A program made the translations under genes and the position numbers. A model generated the notes under the pieces. The model did not search any database, was not told the DNA's origin, and was given only the letters and a program-made list of their open reading frames with translations. A stretch of DNA of 64,000 bases from an uncultured Gemmatimonadales bacterium (GTDB taxonomy: Bacteria > Gemmatimonadota > Gemmatimonadetes > Longimicrobiales > RSA9), in contig CAWFKH010000005.1 in the NCBI GenBank assembly GCA_963816355.1, positions 1-64,000 of the forward strand. The letters are read 5' to 3'. Positions within the stretch are counted from its first letter, which is position 1. Every line of letters begins with the position of its first letter. Below, in pieces: positions 27,116-35,161 of this stretch.

Positions 27116-29593
27116 ATGCTCCGGACTCTCCCGACCTCGCCCTCTTCGCTCGCGATCGCCTGCGCCCTCGTCTGCGTCGCCGGTACCGCCTCGCCGCTCC
27201 TCGCGCAGAGGGCATCACAGGCCAAGCCGCCCTCCGCGCCCTCCGCGCCCTCCGCGCCCTCCTCGCCCTCCGCGCCCTCCGCGCCCTCCGCGCCCTCCGC
27301 GTCCGCCGCGCCCGCCGCGCCCTCCGCGCCCTCCGCGCCCGCCGCCTTCATCGATTCGCTGCTGGCGCGGATGACGCTGGAGGAGAAGCTGGGGCAGGTC
27401 AACCAGATCAGGGGTCACATGGGCCGGGCGGGGCCGGAGGTGGTGGAGGGCGGCGAGGCGGACGTGCGGGCGGGGCGGGTGGGCTCGTTCCTCGGCGTGT
27501 ACGGTGCGGAGTACACGCGTCGTCTGCAGCGCGTGGCGGTCGAGCAGTCGCGGCTCGGCGTGCCGCTCCTCTTCGCCCACGACGTGATCCACGGCTTCCG
27601 CACGATCTTTCCCGTGCCGCTGGCGGAGGCGGCGAGCTGGGATCCGGCGGCGGTCGAGCGCTCGGCGCGCATCGCCGCCGCCGAGGCGACGGCCGCGGGC
27701 GTGATGTGGACGTACGCGCCGATGGTCGACGTCGCGCGCGACCCGCGCTGGGGGCGCATCGTCGAGGGCTCCGGCGAGGATCCGTACCTCGGCTCCGTCA
27801 TGGCGGCGGCGCGCGTGCGTGGCTTCCAGGGCGACGTCGGCCGGGCCGGCCTCGCGGCGGACAGCACGCTCATGGCGACGGCGAAGCACTTCGTCGCCTA
27901 CGGCGCGGCGGAGGCCGGGCGCGACTACGCCGCCGCGGACGTCGCGGAGCGCACGCTGCGCGACGTCTACCTGCCGCCGTTCCACGCCGCGGTCGACGCC
28001 GGCGTGGGCTCCGTCATGGCGGCGTTCGAGGCGCTGAACGGCGTGCCGATGCACGCGAACCGCGCTCTGCTCGATGGCGTGCTGCGGCGCGAGTGGGGCT
28101 TCGACGGCGTCGTCGTGAGCGACTGGACCGGGATCGCCGAGCTGGAGCATCATGGCGTCGCCGCGACGGCGGCCGACGCGGGCGCGCTGGCGCTCCGCGC
28201 GGGCGTCGACATCGACATGGGCAGCCGCATCTACGTCGACTCCCTCGCGCCGGCGGTGCGCGACGGCCGCGTGCCGCTGCGCGAGGTGGACGACGCGGTG
28301 CGTCGCGTGCTGCGCGCGAAGTGGGACCTCGGCCTCTTCGCCGATCCGTACCGCTACGCCGACCCCGCGCGCGAGCGCTCGCGCACGCTCACCACCGCGA
28401 ATTTGCGCGCTGCGCGCGACGTCGCCCGCGAGTCGATTGTGCTGCTGAAGAACGACGGCGGCGTGCTGCCGCTGCGCAAGGACGCCCGCACGATCGCGGT
28501 GATCGGCGCCCTCGCCGACGACGCCCGCTCCGCGCTCGGCAGCAACGTCGCCGCGGGCCGGGCGGAGGACGCGGTCACGATCCTGGCGGGGATCCGCCGC
28601 GCCGTCGCCCCCGGCACGACGGTCCTGTTCGCGCGGGGCGCCGCTCCGGAGCTGCCGCCGGACAGCGCCCGCGCCTCCATGGACAGCGCCCGCGCGGCAC
28701 GCGACGCGGCTGCGGGCCGGCCGGCCGCCCGCGCGGCGCCTCCCTACCCGGACACGAGCGGCTTCGCGGAGGCGGTGCGCGTGGCGCGCCGCGCGGACGC
28801 GGTGGTGCTCGTGCTGGGCGAGGCGTGGAACATGAGCGGCGAGGCGTCGAGCCGCGCGAGCATCGAGTTGCCGGGCGCGCAGCTCGCGCTGGCGAAGGAG
28901 GTCGTCGCGACGGGCCGACCGGTGGTCGTCGTGCTGATGAACGGGCGGCCGCTCGCGATCCCGTGGCTGGCGGCGCACGCGCCGGCGATCCTCGAGACGT
29001 GGTTCCTCGGCGTGCGGATGGGGCCCGCGGTGGCCGACGTCGTCTTCGGCGACCACGACCCGGGCGGCAAGCTGCCGGTGACGTTTCCGCGCGCGCTCGG
29101 GCAGGTGCCGATCCACTACGACCGCGCGAGCACGGGCCGGCCGCCGGACCCGGAGCAGCACTTCACGTCGAAGTACCTCGACGTGCCGTGGACGCCGCTC
29201 TACCCGTTCGGCTATGGACTCAGCTACACCACGTTCGACGTCGGCGCGCCGCGTCTCTCGGCGGCGACGATGACGGCGCGCGACACGATCACCGTCGCCG
29301 TCGACGTCGCCAACACCGGCGGCCGCGCGGGCGCCGAGGTGGTGCAGCTCTACCTCCACGACGAGGTGCGGAGCGTGACGCCGCCCGTGAAGCGGCTGCG
29401 CGGCTTCCGCCGCGTCGAGCTGCGGCCGGGCGAGCGCCGCACCGTCGTCTTCCCGATCGCGCTCGAGGACCTCTCGTTCACCGGCGCGGACGCTCGCCGC
29501 GCGTGGGAGCCCGGCTGGTTCACCGTGTACGTCGGATCGAGCTCGGAGGACGTGAAGAGCGCGCGATTCCGTCTGGTGGAGGGCTCCCGGTGA
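27116..29593 (+). CDS. bglX: GH3 beta-glucosidase (BglX-like), secreted
   Basis: MTLEEKLGQ, DVIHGFRT, RDPRWGR..EGSGEDP, KHFVAYG, VVSDW nucleophile, FN3-like C-terminus. Confidence 0.93.
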   Translation: MLRTLPTSPSSLAIACALVCVAGTASPLLAQRASQAKPPSAPSAPSAPSSPSAPSAPSAPSASAAPAAPSAPSAPAAFIDSLLARMTLEEKLGQVNQIRGHMGRAGPEVVEGGEADVRAGRVGSFLGVYGAEYTRRLQRVAVEQSRLGVPLLFAHDVIHGFRTIFPVPLAEAASWDPAAVERSARIAAAEATAAGVMWTYAPMVDVARDPRWGRIVEGSGEDPYLGSVMAAARVRGFQGDVGRAGLAADSTLMATAKHFVAYGAAEAGRDYAAADVAERTLRDVYLPPFHAAVDAGVGSVMAAFEALNGVPMHANRALLDGVLRREWGFDGVVVSDWTGIAELEHHGVAATAADAGALALRAGVDIDMGSRIYVDSLAPAVRDGRVPLREVDDAVRRVLRAKWDLGLFADPYRYADPARERSRTLTTANLRAARDVARESIVLLKNDGGVLPLRKDARTIAVIGALADDARSALGSNVAAGRAEDAVTILAGIRRAVAPGTTVLFARGAAPELPPDSARASMDSARAARDAAAGRPAARAAPPYPDTSGFAEAVRVARRADAVVLVLGEAWNMSGEASSRASIELPGAQLALAKEVVATGRPVVVVLMNGRPLAIPWLAAHAPAILETWFLGVRMGPAVADVVFGDHDPGGKLPVTFPRALGQVPIHYDRASTGRPPDPEQHFTSKYLDVPWTPLYPFGYGLSYTTFDVGAPRLSAATMTARDTITVAVDVANTGGRAGAEVVQLYLHDEVRSVTPPVKRLRGFRRVELRPGERRTVVFPIALEDLSFTGADARRAWEPGWFTVYVGSSSEDVKSARFRLVEGSR

Positions 29594-32178
29594 GGCGCGC
29601 GGCTCGCCGTGCGGTCCTCGTCGCGCTCGCGGCGGCGGCGCCTGCGCTCGCGGCGACGGCGCCCGCGCTCGCGGCGACGGCGCCTGCGCTCACGGCGACG
29701 GCCACGCTCGCAGCAACGACCCCCGCGGCCGCGGCAACGACCCCCGCGCTCGCGGCGACGGCCACGCTCGCGGCGACGGCGCCTGCGCTCGCGGCGAGTG
29801 CGCCCGCGCTCGCGCAGCGGCCGGACTCCGCCGGCCGCGACGGATTCGTCGACTCGCTCCTGGCGCGCATGACGCTGGAGGAGAAAGCGGGCCAGCTCAG
29901 CATCACGGGCGGCCGGCCGGACCTCGAGGCGCTGGTCGAGGCCGGGCGGCTCGGCGGCACGAACGGCGTGCTGCCGGGTCGCGACGTCGCCGCCTACACG
30001 CGTCGCATGCAGCGGGCGGCGATGCGCTCGCGACTGCGCATCCCGCTCCTCTTCATGGGCGACGTGATCCACGGCTTCCGCACCGTGCACCCGGTGCCGC
30101 TCGCGCTGTCGGCGACGTGGGACACGGCGCTCGTCGCGTCGGCGGACAGCGCGTCGGCGGTCGAGGCGACGGCGGCGGGGGTGACGTGGACGTTCGCGCC
30201 GATGCTCGACATCGCGCGCGACCCGCGCTGGGGGCGCGTGGTCGAGAGCCCGGGCGAGGACCCGTTCCTGGGCGCGGCGATGGCGCGCGCGGCGGTGCGC
30301 GGCTATCAGGGCGACGTCGCCGGCGCCGGCCTCGCCGGGCCCACCACGATGGCGGCGACCGCGAAGCACTTCGCCGGCTACGGCGCCGTCGAGGGCGGGC
30401 GCGACTACAACAGCGTCGACCTCTCCGAGCGCCGCCTGCGCGACGTCTACCTGCCCACCTTCCACGCCGCCGTGCGCGCGGGCGTGGCGACGATCATGGC
30501 CGCGTTCACCGCGCTCGACGGCGTGCCCGCCACCGCCAGCGCACGCCTGCTGCGCGGCATCCTGCGCGACGAATGGGGCTTCGGCGGCGTCGTCGTGTCC
30601 GACTACGACGCGATCCCCGAGCTGCGCAACCACCGCGTGGCGGCGAGCGACGCGGAAGCCGACGCGCTCGCGCTGCGCGCCGGCGTCGACGTCGACCTGC
30701 ACAGCTTCACCTACGGCGAGCACCTGCCGGACCTCGTGCGCGGCGGCCGCGTGAGCGAGGCGGCCCTCGACGACGCGGTGCGCCGCGTGCTGCGGCTGAA
30801 GTTCCGCCTCGGCCTCTTCGACGACCCGTTCCGCTATGGCGACTCCGCGCGCGCCGCCGCCGTCACGCTGTCCGCTTCGCAGCGCACGCTGGCGCGGCGC
30901 GCGGCGCGCGAGTCGTTCGTGCTGCTCGAGAACCGCGGCGGCCTGCTGCCGCTGTCGCCGGACGTGAAGACGCTGGCCGTGATCGGGCCGCTCGCCGACG
31001 ACCGCGAGAACCCGCTCGGCCCCGTCCACGCCGTCGGGCGCGGCGACGACACGCGCACGGTGCTGGCCGGAATCCGCGCGCGGCTGGGCGCGACGGCGAA
31101 CGTGCTGTACGCGAAGGGCGTCGAGATCGAGGACGCGGAGGGCGCGCGGGCGGGGGCGGGGGCGGGGGCGGACGCAGGCGCGGGGGCGGGGGCGGCGGGC
31201 GGCGCGGCGGGCGCGGGCGCGGCGGCGGGCGCGGCGGGCGCAGGCGCGGCGGCGGCGGCGGGCGGGCCGGGCGGCGCGGGGACATCCGCCGCCGTGGCGG
31301 CCGGGATCGCGGAGGCGGTGCGCACGGCGGGCGCGGCGGACGCGGCCGTCGTCGTCGTGGGAGAGGCGGCGTCGATGAGCGGCGAGGGCGGAAGCCGGTC
31401 GCGGCTGGGACTGCCGGGCGCGCAGCTCGAGCTGGTGCGGGCGGTGCTGGCCACCGGCACGCCGACGGTGGTCGTGCTGATGAGCGGCCGGCCGCTGGCG
31501 GTGCCGTGGCTCGCGGCGCACGCGCCGGCGCTGCTCGAGGCGTGGTTCCCCGGCACGGAGGCGGGCGACGCGCTGGCGGACGTGCTGTTCGGCGACGCCG
31601 AGCCGGGCGGCCGCCTGCCCGTGAGCTTCCCGCGCGACGTCGGCCAGATCCCCGTCTACTACGCGCACCGGCCCACCGGCCGGCCGGCGGTTGCGGGCGA
31701 CCGCTACACGTCGAAGTACCTCGACGTGGAGAACACGCCGCTCTACCCGTTCGGCTACGGCCTCGGCTACACGCGCTTCGCGTACTCCGACGTGCGGCTC
31801 GACCGCGCGCGGATGGGCCCGGACGACACGCTGCGCGTCGCGGTCACGGTGACGAACGTCGGCCCGCGCGCTGGCGCCGAGGTAGTGCAGCTCTACGTCA
31901 CCGACGAGCTGGCGAGCGTCTCACCGGCGGTCGAACGGCTGCGCGGCTTCCGCAAGCTGCGGCTGCGGCCCGGCGAGTCGAGGGAGGTCGTGTTCCGCCT
32001 CACCGCGGCGGACCTGGCGCTCCGCGTTTCGGAGGTCGCGGAGCGCGGAGAGGAGGTCGCGGAGCGCGGAGAGGAGGTCGCGGAGCCGGGCTTCTTCACC
32101 CTCTCCGTGGGCGGCGACTCGGACGCTGCGTCGGCGCACCGGGCGCGCTTCGAGCTGGGACGGCGCGGAGGCGGGTAG
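29590..32178 (+). CDS. Second GH3 beta-glucosidase (BglX-like paralogue)
   Basis: GTGA overlap with the upstream stop; MTLEEKAGQ, DVIHGFRT, KHFAGYG, VVSDY. Confidence 0.9.
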   Translation: MRRAARRAVLVALAAAAPALAATAPALAATAPALTATATLAATTPAAAATTPALAATATLAATAPALAASAPALAQRPDSAGRDGFVDSLLARMTLEEKAGQLSITGGRPDLEALVEAGRLGGTNGVLPGRDVAAYTRRMQRAAMRSRLRIPLLFMGDVIHGFRTVHPVPLALSATWDTALVASADSASAVEATAAGVTWTFAPMLDIARDPRWGRVVESPGEDPFLGAAMARAAVRGYQGDVAGAGLAGPTTMAATAKHFAGYGAVEGGRDYNSVDLSERRLRDVYLPTFHAAVRAGVATIMAAFTALDGVPATASARLLRGILRDEWGFGGVVVSDYDAIPELRNHRVAASDAEADALALRAGVDVDLHSFTYGEHLPDLVRGGRVSEAALDDAVRRVLRLKFRLGLFDDPFRYGDSARAAAVTLSASQRTLARRAARESFVLLENRGGLLPLSPDVKTLAVIGPLADDRENPLGPVHAVGRGDDTRTVLAGIRARLGATANVLYAKGVEIEDAEGARAGAGAGADAGAGAGAAGGAAGAGAAAGAAGAGAAAAAGGPGGAGTSAAVAAGIAEAVRTAGAADAAVVVVGEAASMSGEGGSRSRLGLPGAQLELVRAVLATGTPTVVVLMSGRPLAVPWLAAHAPALLEAWFPGTEAGDALADVLFGDAEPGGRLPVSFPRDVGQIPVYYAHRPTGRPAVAGDRYTSKYLDVENTPLYPFGYGLGYTRFAYSDVRLDRARMGPDDTLRVAVTVTNVGPRAGAEVVQLYVTDELASVSPAVERLRGFRKLRLRPGESREVVFRLTAADLALRVSEVAERGEEVAERGEEVAEPGFFTLSVGGDSDAASAHRARFELGRRGGG

Positions 32179-32306
32179 GCAGCGCCGGAGCAGGGGGGGC
32201 GCCACGGCGCGGCGGACGCTGACGCGGTTGAGTCACGCGGGCGCGGGCGCGGGAGACGCGGAGGGGCGGGCAGGACCCCGCGGAACGCGACACGGCGCGC
32301 CCGGCC

Positions 32307-33233
32307 TCACCCCCTCATCCACGCGTCCACGACCTCGGCGGCGACCCCGCCTTCGTAGACGATCTGGGCGGGGCCGCGGAGGTGGAGGACGCCGGCGTCG
32401 TCCCGTTCGACGGCGACGTCGCCACCCGGCATGCGAACGCGCACGACGGGGCCGGCGACGAGCGCGCGCTCGAGGGCGACGGCGGCGACGGCGCACGCGC
32501 TCGAGCCGGACGCGAGCGTCTCGCCGGCGCCCCGCTCCCAGATCCACGCTTCGACGACGTCCGGCGCGGCGACGCGCGCGAGTTGCACGTTGGTGCCGCC
32601 GCGGAAGGCGGGGTGGCCGCACAGCCGCGGCGCGCGACGCAGGAAGTCGTCGCGGGCCAGCCGCTCGACCCAGACCACGCAATGCGGGTTGCCGAGCGAG
32701 ACCGGCCACACGTCGACCGCACCGGCGTCGCCGAGACCCAGCGCGAACGCGCGCGCGGCGCCGGCGTCGCCTGCCGGCACTTCGGAGACGGCGCGGGCGG
32801 GGGTGAAGCCGGCGCCCGGAAACGTCGGCGCGCCCATCGCGACGACGATGATGCGCCCCCCATCGCCGGCCTGGCCGACGATCCGCATGGCGACCGGGCC
32901 GACGCCGAGCTCGACGTGGAATTCGTCGCGCCCGACGAGCCCGCGCCGGTGCAGCCACGCGCCGAAGATGCGCAGCCCGTTGCCGCTCTTCTCCGCCTCC
33001 TCGCCGTCCGGATTGAAGATGCGCAGCCGGAACGCGTCGCCGGCGACGTCGCCCAGCAACACGCCGTCCGCGCCGACGCCGCGGTGGCGGTCGCACAGCC
33101 CGCGCACGAGCGATGGCGTCAGCGGCACGGACAGCAGCGCTGCGTCCAGCACGACGTAGTCGTTGCCGAGCGCCTGCCCCTTCCAGAAGCGGACCTCGCC
33201 GCCCACCCCCGCGCGGTCCTGCGGTGCGCCCAC
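32307..33233 (-). CDS. dapF: Diaminopimelate epimerase family protein with Ser in place of both catalytic Cys
   Basis: KGQALGNDY, GVGADG, NPDGEEAEKSGNG, GNPH, WERGAGETLASGSS. Confidence 0.85.
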   Translation of the reverse strand: MGAPQDRAGVGGEVRFWKGQALGNDYVVLDAALLSVPLTPSLVRGLCDRHRGVGADGVLLGDVAGDAFRLRIFNPDGEEAEKSGNGLRIFGAWLHRRGLVGRDEFHVELGVGPVAMRIVGQAGDGGRIIVVAMGAPTFPGAGFTPARAVSEVPAGDAGAARAFALGLGDAGAVDVWPVSLGNPHCVVWVERLARDDFLRRAPRLCGHPAFRGGTNVQLARVAAPDVVEAWIWERGAGETLASGSSACAVAAVALERALVAGPVVRVRMPGGDVAVERDDAGVLHLRGPAQIVYEGGVAAEVVDAWMRG

Positions 33234-33630
33234 TCGAACCCTCCCCCTGCTCCTGCGACAGGGCGCCGGCAGGTGCGCCGGAACCCGGCACGAGTTGTAT
33301 CAGCCGACGGTCCGTCGCGCCATGGGGAGGGCGCGGACGGCGGGGGGCGGCGCGGAGGAGGGGGAGGGCGCGGACGGCGGGGGACGGCGCGGAGGAGGGG
33401 GAGGGCGCGGACGGCGGGGGGAGGGCTTGCCGGCGCTCGCGTGTGCGTCGCGGCGGCGGGCATCGCGCGCAGTGGTTTCGCGCGGGGGACGCGGAGGGCG
33501 GGCCGGCGAGGCCGCGTCGCTTCGATGCCCGAATCCGTTCTCTGGTGGGTTCCGGGCCAGGAACGCGACTCGCGCGATGAATCCGGACGAGATGTCCGGC
33601 CGTCGCGGTGCCGACGACGCATCCGTGCCC

Positions 33631-33810
33631 CGCGAATCGCCCGGGCGACACCGCTCGACGCATCCGTGCCCGGCACGCCTCCCCAAGCCGCGCCACGCGA
33701 ATCCGCTCGCGGCGACACCGCTCGACGCATCCGTACCCGGCACCCTTCCTCGGGCCGCGCTCCCGCGAATCCGCTCGCGGCGACACGGGCAACGCATCCG
33801 TGCCCGGCAC
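33631..33810. repeat. Three about 47-bp direct repeats separated by about 20-bp linkers
   Basis: CGCGAATCCGCTCGCGGCGACACCGCTCGACGCATCCGTGCCCGGCAC-like units at 33631, 33696 and 33764. Confidence 0.8.
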
Positions 33811-33848
33811 CCCGATCGTGTAGCGCCGAAGGTCCCGGCCAGCGGCGC

Positions 33849-34028
33849 AGCGAGAAGAATATCGTAATCGACGGCGGTCCGATCCTCGCCATCCGGATTT
33901 TGCTCGGAAACCGGGAAGAATCTCGTAACCGTTGGGCGCGGAGCGGATCGCTCTCGACATTTTGCTCGCTTTCCGAGACAAATCCGGATGGCGATCTGGA
34001 AGAGGACGTCCATTACGAGATATTGCTC
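33849..34028 (-). repeat. 180-bp internally palindromic dispersed element, copy 2 (inverted relative to copy 1)
   Basis: Its reverse complement aligns end to end with 26403-26582, with substitutions. Confidence 0.85.
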
Positions 34029-34294
34029 ACCCCGAACGAGGATCCGCGCCAACGTCATGCGCGGCGCCGCCCGCGGCGCCGCGAGTCCCGCCGCGCCGCG
34101 AGTTCCGCCGCGCCGCGAGTCCCGCAGGTCCAAACTGCCGGCTTGGGGCTTCACGTGGAGGACGGCCCGGCGCCACACCGCTGCACCGCACGGCCCGACT
34201 CTCCTTTCTGGCGGGGCTGCCCGGCCAAGAACGCCATCCCGCGACGAGGCTCCCCACAATATCCGGCCGTCGCCCCTGCCGCGACGCTTCCGCT

Positions 34295-34905
34295 CGTCCG
34301 CGAAGCCACCCCCCCTCCGCACGCCGCGCCCCGCCGCGAAGCCACCCCCCCCCGCGAAGCCGCGCCCCGCCGCGAAGCCACCCCCCCCGCGAAGCCGCGC
34401 CCCCCCCGCCGCGAAGCCCCCCGCCGCGAAGCCACCCCCCCCACCGCGAAGCCACTCCCCCCGCGAAGCCGCGCCCCCCCGCCGCGAAGCCCCCCACCGC
34501 GAAGCCGCGCCCCCCCACCGCGAAGCCACTCCCCCCGCGAAGCCGCGCCCCCCCCACCGCGAAGCCACCCCCCGCCGCGAAGCCGCGCCCCGCCGCGAAG
34601 CCACCCCCCCGCGAAGCCGCGCCCCCCCACCGCGAAGCCACCCCCCGCCGCGAAGCCGCGCCCCCCCGCCGCGAAGCCACCCCCCCGCGAAGCCGCGCCC
34701 CCCCACCGCGAAGCCACCCCCCCCCGCGAAGCCGCGCCCCCCCGCCGCGAAGCCGCGCCCCCCCACCGCGAAGCCGCCCCCCACCGCGAAGCCACCCCCC
34801 CCCACCGCGAAGCCACGCCCCCCCACCGCGAAGCCACCCCCCCCACCGCGAAGCCACCCCCCCCGCGAAGCCGCGCCCCCCCGCCGCGAAGCCGCCCCCC
34901 CCACG
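34295..34905. repeat. About 600-bp C-run tandem array (CGCGAAGCC(A/G)C-CCCCC units)
   Basis: About 30 CGCGAAGCC units. Confidence 0.9.
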
Positions 34906-35161
34906 CCAAACGCCTCCGCGCCCTCCGCGCCCGCCGCGTGAAACCATTCCGGCCACCGATCCGCGCCGCGCACGATCGGAACCGCCACGCCCTCGACCAC
35001 CCCCAAACCGCCCGGCCGAAACCCCCGGCCCGCCCCGGCCGTAAGGAAGGATGAACGCGACGAAGCCACGCAACGCAGGCGGCGCCGCCGGCGTCCCATC
35101 CACACGACCGGGCGCGCGGCGGCTCCGTGATTCTACCGACGACACGAAGAAAGCTCGACGA

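Noticed and set aside
33631..33810. CRISPR-like repeat/spacer pattern
   Set aside because: Only three degenerate 47-bp units; the linkers are short (about 20 bp) and similar to each other; no cas genes.
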